Of a stretch of 64,000 bases of DNA, positions 37,788-50,646 are shown in pieces (positions within the stretch are counted from its first letter, which is position 1; each line of letters begins with the position of its first letter). Below the pieces are notes generated by a model. That model had not been told where the DNA came from. It saw only the letters and a list, made by a program, of their open reading frames with translations, and ran no database searches. The DNA lies in assembly GCF_031769215.1 (NCBI RefSeq), contig NW_026782112.1:310001-374000 (forward strand), in the 5' to 3' direction. The position numbers were made by a program, and so were the translations under genes. This stretch comes from Ylistrum balloti (taxonomy: Eukaryota).

Positions 37788-40700
37788 GGTGATAGCAACC
37801 TAAACTTATAAAATGATGGATTTAAAGTATAAATGGAGCACGAATAGAGAGTTGGGTCACACAAGTATTATTTTCAGCCCAGACGATACAGTCTACCCTT
37901 TCTAAAAATATTGAAAAACAACTATGACCAGGATAGCTTGGCATATATCGTAGGTCGTTAAACTAAATGGTTTTCAGAGTGAGGCTGGTATCCGCTAGTC
38001 ACTGATCACGGTGATTACCTCAAATTATTTTAAAGAGTAACGAAATGTTCCTAGTATGAGTGTAAAACATAGATAATCAGAGTAGATTGTTACATACAGA
38101 TCAACGTTAATTGTATTATCATTATATTATTGTATTACGTACAATACATTTTGTATTATATCTATTTAACATTTAACACGCTCTTTGCTTTTCTTTAAGG
38201 AATCTTTTCTGGCTATTTTGTAAGTAACTCAAAAGACGAATAACCCTTGATGTATAAAACCATGTATATTAACGATAAAAATGTCCTTTATGATGAAACG
38301 GTATATACAAAACACTATTGAAAAGGTGGACAGGGATTACAGACAAAAACTGGAAGTGATAATATAAAACAAACTGATTCAAGTTACTGGAGCTAAGAAC
38401 TGTATTAGAAGACTGTCGAGAAGTATCTATTCATTTTTGTTACAATATTTCAGTTTTTAGAGGATTATACAAAAACTACTTGGGAACTGATATCATTTCA
38501 ACAAAATATATTTAGTAATGTGTACAATAACGTATATTGCTTGTTTTAAAAAAATATTGAATGGCACAATATACCAGTCAGGGATTTAAGGGACCTAATA
38601 TATGGCGATAAAGATTACTTGATAGAAAATAAAAAATCGCCAGTGTTAAAACAAAGACATAGGTGTCCTAAATGAAGAAAAAAAAGATGATCACTCACAC
38701 GCGAATATTCTGTAACTTGTCATCGGTACATTAAGCAAGATCTCAGTTCAGTTGTGCTTATTTTGAAGAAAATTGTTAAAGGTTTGTTTTATAGTCATTG
38801 AATTTTAAAAAAGAATCACGACATTTTAAAAGTAATTTAGAGTTTTGGGAAAAGTAATTTACACAGGATATTCATCTCTGAACAAAGTAATCCGGTTAAG
38901 AGATTTGCATATGTTGTAATGAAAGGCATAACACGCGCACATGTAAGGACCATTGTTACATTGTTAAAAACGCATTAATATTACTTCTACGTATCACACT
39001 GCCCCAGTCTCTCGTTATCAGTTACAGTGGTGTTGACCGTTTCCTGTTCCTTGTCTGATCGTTATTTCACATAACGTTAATCAAAAAGTCATCACCTTCA
39101 TTAAGCGCAGTGTTGAATTGAAAGATTCTAGAAAGCGTCTCATTTCATGTATATCATTTACGGACAAGACAAAACCTTTCGGTGTTTTCGTGAAACATTT
39201 CCTGGAGAATTGCAATAAAATGGTTCTAAAGGATAAAAGACGTTCACAGGGAAATCATCTAATTGGCATAGTAAACCTCATCAGTCTCCGAAGTATCTCT
39301 GGGTGGAATCTCAGTTAAGACTTCGAAGCCTTCGTACTGCTTACTTTTGTGTTATAGGACATTTGTATTATAGGACGTTTCTTGAATGTTTGGTATTTGT
39401 TTACATATTTAATTTGACGTCTTTTTGATACAAGGATTTGGCTTTATTTTTCTTGATGTTTTAGACATTGGGAAATGTTCCTGGAAGAGTGATGTTATTT
39501 CTGACTCCATAGGATATTGGCATGTTACCCTTTAACATTATAAGAACGAACTCAAATCATGTATCACCACTAGTCATGTATCATTTTTGAACCAGTGAAT
39601 ATGAAACCGAGACCGCAAATTCTGTAGTTATTCTAATCTAAATGTTAAATTCGCGGATCCAGTTCATGTGTAGCTAAGAACAGCACGGTAACGTAATGCG
39701 TATAACATAGAATAAAAATAAAACAATGCCGTGTTGCCAAGCGTTAACGGTCTATCATTAAAGTCTGCTTAGGAACCAACAATTGGCCATTGAGTTACAT
39801 AAATAATACAATTAAAAGAACATGTGATGGTTCCCCATTGGATACTATACATAATTCCTTCATCTTCTGTCATACTCGTGAAAGATATGATGAATAAATA
39901 AAAAAATGTAAATGAAAAAAATAACCTTTATTTATAAGTCATACCATCCATGAAGTATAATATTTTGAAAATAAATATAAATCAGAAAATGATTTTTTTT
40001 CTGTTGTGTTTAGAAGTGATTGATTTCTCTTTATCTGTTACTCAACAGTACATCGGGTCTTTTGACGGATTACTGATATGAATATCTTTCGTGTACTTGT
40101 CATGCGTTGGAATCACAACCTTAGTGGAATTCTCAATTTCGCCAATGTTTAGCGTTGATAATAAGAAGTTAAATCCTCATTGAGGAATTGAGGACAGATT
40201 AATGACGTTAAAACCGCTGAAAGAAGGGGTCGCAATTGAGAATCTGATTACATCTTGAAACACTTGACAATTGAGTGTTTTAAGTGTCAGCGGATACCGC
40301 TACATCATGCGATATCCTTACATAGATTTAGAAATCCTGTTGGTGATCCTTTTTGAGACTTTTCTCTCCTTGTACGCGTACTCTGTAAGTAGATAAGCAT
40401 TTTTGTCCTTTTCCTTCATGTAATAGTTAATAAGAGTTAATAAGTATTTGACAGTTAACATGAAGAATATTGAGGAGCTTCATGGTCTCCTATATTTGGT
40501 GATATAAAGTTAGACGTGTATGGTGGTTCCGTTGTCGTTTGCTATGTTCTTGTTCGAGACATGACAGGACTTACCTGGGTATGCCAAATTTAGATGCCGG
40601 GTTTTGGCACTGAAGTAGAAGTCACTTACTCTTCAAAAACACTGATTTAAAGATAGGATTTATTTCACACATTTTTCAATTGTGTTAGTGTATGTTTTTG

Positions 40701-41359
40701 CTGTTATTCTCTCTCGTTTTTTGAGAGTGGAGTAAGACTATTTTGACATGTCAAATATTTCGGTTGCAATTAATTGAAACATATAAATGTATATTTCAGA
40801 TTAATAAAAACATCCCAATGAAAACAAATTTTGTTGTTGTTTGTTTGACATGTTTATTATATAGATTTTCTATTCATACTGATAAAGTCGTAGGATACAC
40901 TGAGAACACGACATGTTCAAGGTCTATTTGTTATTGTCTTTTGTTTATAATGTTTGCCTTCATGTCATCGATTTTGAGTTTTGATTTTGTTAATCTGTCG
41001 ACATCTTATGTTTTCTGGATACTGCAGAATTATAAATATTCGTGGATTTTTGGGGATACTGTGGTTAATCCACAAATGTATTTGTCTGCTCATAACGATA
41101 ATCAGGTAAGTGTTTGTATGAATCATATGACGAGTGGATTTCATAAGCATGATTTATCCCTCACATAAGTACGATAATATCATGTATCATGATGCATTAG
41201 AAAGATTAAACATAGAGTCAATTAATAAATACCATGGTTTATTGACGAAAACAGTATTGCATTGTTAACTAAAATAAAGCAGATTTTGAAGATCGTATTT
41301 TGTGTAGATGGTGACCTTACACCAATCCTTAGTTAATTAATTATGTATATAAATGCTTT

Positions 41360-42698
41360 CTAGTATCCGTAAGGTGGTGGTTGTTCAGCGGTAGTTAAAC
41401 CAGCTTTATCATGGTATGCAGCAGGACGAGGTTGTACCATAGTAGGTGGTGGTGCCACCGCAGCCGGTTGTGCCGCAGTAGTTGGTTGAACTACAGGAGC
41501 CGCTTGTGCCGCAGTAGTTGGTTGTACTACAGGAGTCGGTTGTGCTACAGGAGTCGGTTGTGCTAAAGGAGATGGTTGAGGTGCTTTTCCCATCCCCATC
41601 ATATTGCTCATCATTCCCATCACTGGAAATAATTTTTTGGGGTTTTAGTAGTAATAGAGTCCCATTTTCTTTTAAACAAATAATTGTAAAAATGTAACAA
41701 GATTCCTTAATATTTCATTACGTTTATTGTACCTCTTGTGCGATAGAATGATAGATTATATTTTAAATATAAATAAAGAAAAAGAAAATGATGATGACGT
41801 CAAAGAAATATTACACAAAGAAGTAACAAACAAACACTACTGCATGGAAACTGTGACGTAGACATCAGAACAATTATGTTGTATATGCAGGAGTGAGCAT
41901 CTCATCCAAAGAAATGTATCACTATTTTGTACCGTTATGTAAAACGATATTTATAGAACCATTGTGGGTGCACTATTTGACTGTTTTTTTCATCAGAAAT
42001 ATTTCCATCTTAAATCTTCACTACAAGTGATTAGATTGTGTACATTAGACCTATAATTTCTCTTTATAGAATTAAGGTAATTACAATCTTTTTCTTGTTA
42101 TTGTGTTTTAATGTTCTCATAATGGATGTTAGAATGCTGTGTTCAGTAATTATAATTAAGGCTTGTCAGGCGCGATTGATATACTGAATTCCTAACTTCC
42201 TTTTATTGTGTGCTTTACAGGAGTATATTGGGATAAGAACCTACATCAACTTTACTTATCTCACAACAATTCCAAACAATCTATCATCTTGACCACTCTT
42301 GTTGGCCCGGATGGAAGAGCGCGTGGTATCCTACTGTGGGTGGAGTATCTCATGGTCGGGCATGTGATCTCTACCTTTAACGCCCGTTCTATGATTGGTG
42401 AAAGGTGACTACTCTACTAACCTTGCAGGACCATTATGATATGAACATTATCTTTAAACTGATGTATTAATGTAATAAAAAATAACAGACATATATATCA
42501 TGTCAAGATATACTTACTTCCAGCCATGTTATTGTTGTTGTTGTTGTTGTTGTTCGTCACTACTGTAGGGGCAGCAACTTGAGGCACGACGACGGTAGGG
42601 CTATTTGGTCGGAAACAAAGGCACCACATTGTCAACAGGAACACGACAAAAGCACCTAGTGCCATAAAAATAAAAAACACGATCCATCCTGCGTCCAT
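41360..42698 (-). CDS. Small single-pass membrane protein with poly-Asn and PPxY tail, paralogue B (147 aa)
   Basis: Join of 42698-42518 and 41622-41360 = 444 nt, phase-1 intron (A|gtaagt ... ttccag|TG). TM WIVFFIFMALGAFVVFLLTMWCLC, then PTVVVPQVAAPTVVTN9, MAGMMGMMSNMMGMG, QPT repeats and EQPPPYGY*. Confidence 0.85.
42285..42405 (-). mobile_element. V-domain SINE-like fragment with internal deletion, in the intron of paralogue B
   Basis: Reverse complement cacatgcccgacca...gcgctcttccatccgggccaacaagagtg matches 10105-10190. Confidence 0.55.
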
Positions 42699-43388
42699 TA
42701 TAACACCAAGTCTACAATCGAAATGAATAAGTTAATGTACAACTAAATACAAAAACATTGATGAAAAACTGGTATAACTAATGAAACAGGTGTTTTTGTG
42801 TGGCATGTTTTTGATACTCATCCATCGCTTTTACTTAAAATGACGCTAAACTTGAAAAAATCCATATCACTTCGTTATCATTATTTTTAATTTGGTGAAT
42901 ACATAAAGGACGTAATATTGATGCCATCGACTCATTGATTGGGAGGTATAACTGCACTAAATGAACTTCAAACATTTTGACGTAAATCAGGAAAAGAAAA
43001 CGTTTTGAGTTTGAAGTGAATACCAATATTCACAGATACAGAAATAAAGCTACATAAAGTAACGAAATATAGACTCCGGCACTATAAGTGTAATTAACAA
43101 TATTCTATAGAGATGCAAATCTTTGCTACTTTTCTTAAATACATTTTTTTTGTTTACAAGGAACTGATCATTTACGACATACCTTCAAGTGTCTTCCATG
43201 TGCTAAATCAATAACCTTGATTTTATATCTTATGTTCAATCGTTTGGTTAATGTTTTACTCATTGAAAGATTTATACGCACAGCGATAAATCTGTTTTAG
43301 ACGGAGATAAAGTTTACGTATTAAAGTCATCAGCCGATCAAATATTGTAATGTATCTTAATAATGACGATATGAGGAGAAATACTTAC

Positions 43389-43470
43389 ATCAGAGAAGAC
43401 GATGAAAACAGTACAATGTCACACCATCAAATGGTATATGCAGTGACGTACAGAGTGGTATAAGGAGGAT
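43389..43470 (-). other. Putative non-coding first exon of paralogue B
   Basis: Donor ctctgat|gtaagtatt at 43388 resembles ctctggt|gtaagtatt upstream of paralogue C, and both share an atataccattt motif. The coding exon has an acceptor 13 nt before its ATG. The 5' boundary is unknown. Confidence 0.45.
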
Positions 43471-43779
43471 GTATGGACTTTATTGATAGTGTTAAGAACT
43501 AGCAACGTAAGAAGTAATTTACATACACACATGTTTTGGATGATTAATTCATATATGTTTTATCCCTGCTTTATTTCGTCATGCAGTTTGGTGGAAAGTT
43601 ATCCCTGTTGATTACTTTGGAATAGGCTTACTGAGAGAAGTTTGTCGTGCCCACAGTTCCTCAAAAATGAAAGCATTCCTCAATTTAAACGAGAGCATGC
43701 TGCATTGGATCCACTTTCTGAGTAGGTTAAATATATTCAGTCCGTCATTCTAAAATAGGTTGCAACTACACATCTAAAG

Positions 43780-44895
43780 TGAAAACAAACACAGGTCAGC
43801 TTTCGTCAATGCTGATGGTAAAAGAGCGCTTCAAGATTTATACGACAGGTTTGTTATTGTGCTTGCAGATAAGGCGTCCAAGAACTTGATCCTTGTTTAC
43901 AAACATTATTACATTTCCTGTATACAAAAAAGACAGGCTTCTTGGAAAACGAAGGAACCAATACAGTATATAATCTTTCCAAGCACGTAATCCTGGATAA
44001 TTATGCTTCGGTGTTACAATGATTTGGTGGCCTATTAATGATAAGGATACGAACCTCCTCCGTTTATATTGGATTCTAAAACTTAACAAGAGTCCATATA
44101 AACAACATTGTAAAGCTGTTCAACGAAGCCTATGCCAAAACTACAAATCATCATTCGTAGTATGATCAAATCCGAGTTACAATCTTATGGTGACCCAGTT
44201 CACTCCAACAGTGGAATTAATAGTATATTCATATAGATTTTGAAAGCATTTTGACCAATCTTAAACACCCTTAAACAGTTTCTGTATGAGAACAATCATT
44301 TTTCCATCCTGGTCACATCCATATCCCATACTTACGTTAAGAACGCCTTCTTTCTCTTGTTACACTTGTTTGAGAGCTTTCATCTCGAAGAAAGGTGAAC
44401 GGCGGTATAGATAGAATGTGTGAACTTTACTGAAGAGTATTTCGTAAAATATACGTCCAAATCAAAGAAGTTATAAAATCATAGAGATTCTGGTTGACAA
44501 TATATACTCGTCGAGTTTGGTGGTAAGTTCTTCCAACAGACTATTGACATACCGATGGGAACTGTTTGCGCATCTCTATTGGCGACTTGTTTTTGTTGTC
44601 ATACGAGGCTGAATTTATCAAAGAGCATATCAAAACAGGTCACAAAGACTTTGTAAAGTCGTTTTATTTCACTTTCAGATATATTGATTACATCTTGTTT
44701 TTGAATAATAAGATATCCATTGGCCACGTCAATCGTATATACCTATCGGAGATGGAAATCAAAGATACGACAGATTCTTCTAAATAAGTCGCTTATTTAG
44801 ATCATTTGCTACAACGGAACAAATATGGACAGCTTTCAATCAGAATGTACATGTATTATAAACATGATAATTTCAATTTCACTATTGTGGATTTT
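43780..44895 (+). mobile_element. Degenerate Penelope-like (PLE-type) reverse transcriptase fragment
   Basis: Frameshifted translation gives RFVIVLADKASKN (~43850-43890), LYWILKLNKSPYK (~44065), EFGGKFFQQTIDIPMG (~44512-44560), DLFLLSYEAEF, FTFRYIDYILFLNN, EMEIKDTTDS, YLD and DNFNFTIVDF. The PMG and YIDD-like motifs are characteristic of PLE RTs. Subclade not determinable by eye. Confidence 0.82.
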
Positions 44896-45018
44896 ATTTT
44901 ATTTCAAAATATTTTATCGATATAAACAATCAATAGGATTAGACAGCAGGCTAGAGTCTATATAAGTCTTCTCCCAAGACAACATGGTGGTCAGACATAA
45001 ACATAATACACCATAAAT

Positions 45019-45053
45019 ATACATACATACATTACACACATACATAGCTTACA

Positions 45054-45084
<31 letters not shown>

Positions 45085-45148
45085 CATACATACATACATA
45101 CATACATACATGCATACATTACACATATACATAGCTTACATTACATAC
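45019..45148. repeat. (CATA)n microsatellite
   Basis: Directly visible, just after the PLE RT remnant. Confidence 0.9.
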
Positions 45149-48100
45149 CTACAATTAATTGTTTTTTGTATTGACAGACAAATCACTTTGAAATCATATA
45201 AGACAACCTTGTTAATTTTTTACACTTTAAGGTTATGATTATTAGACAATCTACTAGCTTTTCAGTGTACTACATTACATGTACTTTCTCTCCTTTATAA
45301 AACAGGTTTGGACCAGAATGTTCATAACATAAAAGGATTATTATTCTGAATAAAAAGGATCTTCAGATACAGATAAAGTTCATAGTGGTTATGATTACGT
45401 TCTTCGGACTTTGAAATAGACTCAAGGGTTAATAGGACAGTCAAAAAAGAAATGTTGAGCTGTTTCAGTCGGAGTTGTGAGTTTTCTACTTTTGGATAGC
45501 GATAACCTCGCATTCTCAACTTATGAATTTTACGTGTCTCACTAAATGTTTACTCTGACACCTTCCCTAGATGATATTCCCGTGTAAGTTATTTTTACAT
45601 AATTTGTATATCTTTAAAGATCATGCTTCTTTTTCATGACTATAAATCAAAATTTTAACAAGACAAGTTACAGAATATTTACATGTGAGAGATTTACTTT
45701 AGTCTTTGATTAGGACACGCACATTCATAAGACATAAACTGCCACTTTTTGTTAGCTTTCAAATCACTTGCAGAAATAATGCCGCGTAGTCTTGATGTTT
45801 ACAAATAGCTATCTTTTGATATAAATCTATTACTATTTTACGTCACAAGTGAAAACGAAGTTATAATGATTTGAAATATTGAGGATTGTTTACGCTGGGC
45901 AATAGTTTACATTTACGAGCGCAAACCCTGCCTAAAATCTAAATCCTAATACCATTAAGGAAACCTAAAAGGATAGAAATACTAACATTGTGCAGTTGTG
46001 TAGTATTATCCATTAGTTTGCTTGTTGTATGTGAATTTATATTGGAATGTGCTGCTGTTAGCCTTTGTGACTGGTACAATCACCAGATTGTGAGTGGTAT
46101 CATTTGAATTATTTGATACAGACTAAATGTGCTCCAGTTTCTTTTCACCATCTCTCGGGTATAGGCTTTGCATAAACTTTCCCATTGATAAAGTGAGTTT
46201 CAAGATAATTTGACCGCTGAGTCAATCATTTTTGATAATCGGCTGTAGCTACATGATTATGCTTAGTTGGACTGTCCTTTCTGTCGAAGTTTTTTCTTGT
46301 AGTTAAAAAATGTTAGTAATGAGCTTATCTATTGGAAATGCCTGTGGTATTTCTGAATGGGAAGTAAGGTGAGATTGTATCGAGACAGGATTTGTGTAAG
46401 TATTACTAAGATGAATCCACTCCTTTATTTGCATACTCGACTTTTGTGGACTGTCGAGTTGTTGAAGTATTACAGATATACGTTCGGAGAGGTTTTAAAC
46501 AATTTAATCACTTCACTGCACAGTGCAAAACAATGAACATTCATACTATTAAAGTGGTATTAATGTATCATCCTTTTAATTGTTCAAGAAACATTATGTT
46601 TGACGATTAGTCGAAAGGATCAAACATCTGCTGGCAGTTTTCAAGTTCTGATTCAAGTATAATGATAAATAGTATTTTGTATTTCGTTATCAAAAGTTTA
46701 GCCCATGCGTGGAAACAAACATCCTAAGTCTTGACTTAGAACAATGCGATTAGGCCTACACGTTTCCTCTCTTAATGATCCCTAAGCTGTTAGTCAAAAA
46801 ACCTCACTTATCAGTGATGAACACGCAAACAAAATCAATTTTTTCTAAGCAGATTAATCCTATCATAGGAGTCCTGGCTTACACATCAGAGGTAGCGGTT
46901 TACAATAAGCTTCAGCTCTTTCCAATTTCTCAAACATATTTTCTTTTGTTTCTTTTCCATAGATTCTATAAATAACATCAATGACATACCTATTACCATC
47001 TTTGCAAAATAATACATTGATATGTCAAACTTCACTGAAACACAATATCGACATACTTAACTCAATAGTATACATTATTTGTGCACCATACTCGGAACCG
47101 TTTTGGTCGTTGATCTTATTGCAATAGAAATATTTCATTTCCTTATGAGATGTTAAATGTATTCTGTCTTTTTGACAACTCTGGTTGATCATTATTGATA
47201 TTGCACTTGTTGTTGATAAAATAGACTCTTCTTCTTAAACAATGCTTACTGTCAGTGTACAATGTACACGTATATACTGTAGTACCACTGATTAAACTTT
47301 GACGTGATTTACTTGTTTGTGTGACAAAAATCTGTGTCCTTTGTTTAACTTTATATACATGGTTCTGACTTCTCGTCTATTTTAGTAACTCCTCGCCTGC
47401 CAACCCAGTAAATGAATTCATGCACTCTACAGATAACTTGACCTAGGTCTACTGGGCGTAATGGTGCACCTTTTTCACTTTTTCTGAACTGTACAAAGTG
47501 GCAATACGTCAAATGTATTTTTGTCATCGAGGATTTGTTAAATATTGTAATTGGTATTTGCATTTAATTTTTGTATTGCATATATGATGCACCGCTTTCA
47601 CTACTATCATCATTCGTTGAATTAAAAAAAACTGTTTATCTGAAACTGCAAAATCTGCGATAATCTTTTTACAGAAAAAAGCTACTGTTATGTCCCCGAT
47701 TTATACAGAATATTCTACTAGGTTCTGTGAGCCTATATATTTGTAAAACTTCCAACGCTGTCTATGGCGAAGAAAACGAAGTATGTAATTGATAATTAAT
47801 TGCACTTTCATATACATTGTTCATGTTTTATATTTAAATAGGAAAACATTAATTTACAATGTCCATCTTATTTACAGAAGGTGACAGCCTGCACATGATT
47901 TCTTGAAGTGAACCAATAGGTACAACTTCCCACCAAGCTGTATAAACATGACACTTCGAATTCACTTTTCATTACTTGACAGCGATATCCTGCTTACTCA
48001 TCCTGTATCGGCTCATTCCCAATATCAAAGTTTCATGCTAGATATAAACAAATGACGGATACAGTCACAATAAAAGGTCTCGAGAGATTCAGGTTGATGA

Positions 48101-49458
48101 CGATTATAAGGTCATTCCAAGGACACCATACTGGTCGAACTAGGAAATGTAATGTACGATATAAAGTTGTAAGTGTTTGGTGATCGCTATAACATGTTTG
48201 TTGGTTATGTCGGTTTTCAATTTTGACTTTGGATTGACCAGAACTGTTTTCCATGAATTTTGTGTAAATCTTACGATGCCTGCTTTAGAACAAACACGCA
48301 ATAGAATTTCGAGCACTTGACTTAACTATCTCGTGAGATCGAACACTGTAATCGAACTTATTTTGGTGAAATATTTCACCAAATATCAATGCTGAAAAAA
48401 TAACAAAGAAATGCTCATTCGCATTATCGCTATATTAATTAGTTAAGGAAACTGCAATTAGCAAAGAATAATTCAACAAAATATCTTCAGCACGAAAAAA
48501 CACACTTAAACATATTCGTTAACGAGACGTAAATCAGAATTTCACGTGGATGAAAAAGTACCATTACTAGGGACGGCGACAGAAAGACAAAATGACGTCG
48601 ATGCAAATTAGAAGATACACTTTATCAGAAAAGCAACTAAGAAAGGTCGTATATCGTCAACGCATTGAGAAAGAATACTGCTGGCAGATTTACTGTTGTC
48701 ACATGTCTTGTCTTTCAACTGAATCAACAACAGGGTAACCGCCTTTTGAAGTTAAGATGCACTTGATCTGGGTATTAGTTAGTAGAACGGAGGACACTAT
48801 CCTCCTTTACCTATTTAGATAATCATCTACAACATGTTTTCATAACGTCATTTTAACGCCCATAATGTGATTGGAACAACCATTGTTTTTCAAGAAATGT
48901 GTGACGAAAATGCCTTCAAAAAGAAAGCTTGGCATGTAGATCATTGAAACATCGAAAAGGATTACGAAATTTGACTTCTACAGGGGCATGCGGTGACATC
49001 CGCCATATCACTATAAAGATGTGCTCATTTTATATTGAGAAGGCAACTGTATAACAACGAAACCACTAGTCATGCTAATCGCACGTGTCATATGTCATAT
49101 ATTTATTTTCCATACTTTTTATCAACCCGTATTTCTCTTTTAAACTAAATATCATTTCTTTGTTATCCTCATGAAATGATTATTTCAGAAAGAAGCCATA
49201 GAATGTACAAAAGGCATAAGGTACTTTTCCATACCATGATACACAATTGAAGAAATTCCTCAGCTTTCATATTTTTAATAATTGTGGAAGAACTTCAAGT
49301 ACATGAACCATATCAATATTCGAAAGCTAGGTTACGTCAAACCTCGTGGACTATACATCCACCAGGGTGGAGATGGAGGAATGTACAAAAGACAAACATA
49401 TGAATAGCACATTGAAATGCAGATTTAGAAAAAAAACAAAGTAGAACCAAATAATAAA

Positions 49459-49497
49459 TATAGCCGTTTCGTCTTTATAGGGCTCGTCAGAGGTGCC
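49459..49497 (-). ncRNA. Type I hammerhead ribozyme motif, core boxes intact but helices decayed
   Basis: Minus strand reads GGCACCT CTGACGA GCCC TATAA AGAC GAAA C GGCT A TA. Confidence 0.7.
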
Positions 49498-49589
49498 AAG
49501 AGTCTAAATTGTGAAACCTAAAAGTATAATCCATGGTGATCGAAATAAATGTATAAATAAAGCGAACTGTTTTAACTCGTGGAAATGTG

Positions 49590-50402
49590 GATATTCTGTA
49601 GATAATTTTTGATTTGTTTAATATTGGTTTCGGTAAGTGTGATGTTTTATTTGTCAACACATTGATATTCTGTAGATAATTTTTGATTTGTTTAATATTG
49701 GATTTAGTAAGTGTGATGTTTTATTTGTCAACACATTGATATTCTGTAGATAATTTTTGATTTGTCTAATATTGGATTTAGTAAGTGTGATGTTTTATTT
49801 GTCAACACATTGATATTCTGTAGATAATTTTTGATTTGTTTAATATTGGATTTAGTAAGTGTGATGTTTTATTTGTCAACACATTGATATTCTGTAGATA
49901 ATTTTTGATTTGTTTAATATTGGATTTAGTAAGTGTGATGTTTTATTTGTCAACACATTGATATTCTGTAGATAATTTTTGATTTGTTTAATATTGGATT
50001 TAGTAAGTGTGATGTTTTATTTGTCAACACATTGATATTCTGTAGATAATTTTTGATTTGTTTAATATTGGATTTAGTAAGTGTGATGTTTTATTTGTCA
50101 ACACATTGATATTCTGTAGATAATTTTTGATTTGTCTAATATTGGATTTAGTAAGTGTGATGTTTTATTTGTCAACACATTGATATTCTGTAGATAATTT
50201 TTGATTTGTTTAATATTGGATTTAGTAAGTGTGATGTTTTATTTGTCAACACATTGATATTCTGTAGATAATTTTTGATTTGTTTAATATTGGTTTTAGT
50301 AAGTGTGATGTTTTATTTGTCAACACATTGATATTCTGTAGATAATTTTTGATTTGTCTAATATTAGTTTCGGTAAGTGTGATGTTTTATTTGTTAACAT
50401 AC
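49590..50402. repeat. 74-bp tandem repeat, ~11 copies
   Basis: attgatattctgtag recurs at 49661, 49735 and 49809. Confidence 0.96.
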
Positions 50403-50646
50403 TGAATACAAGAGTTATCACTTGTCAATCATTTTATTGCAAAATAACAGGATTTAGGAGCACTGTCCGTTCCATTTTTTCTGATTTTCGAAAAAAATTG
50501 TTCATTTTTTTTCAAAATAGATACACGCCATCTTCCTTGAAAGCTTGTGGTTAAATGTCAGGCTTCTCCAGGCGTTTTGTAGAATCCTTCGAGCATTTGT
50601 GCGTGAGTTCTGTCCGAGGTGGCTGTAGGTATGTTCGCTATACACA

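Noticed and set aside
40575-40609. 35-nt minus-strand exon-like piece (cttcag ... CAG|gtaagt) as first exon of paralogue A
   Set aside because: It has good splice signals but no similarity to the putative first exons of B and C, so it is left unassigned.
40743-41168. 141-aa hydrophobic plus-strand ORF downstream of paralogue B
   Set aside because: TTG start, T-rich low-complexity composition antisense to a probable 3' UTR, and no recognisable motif.
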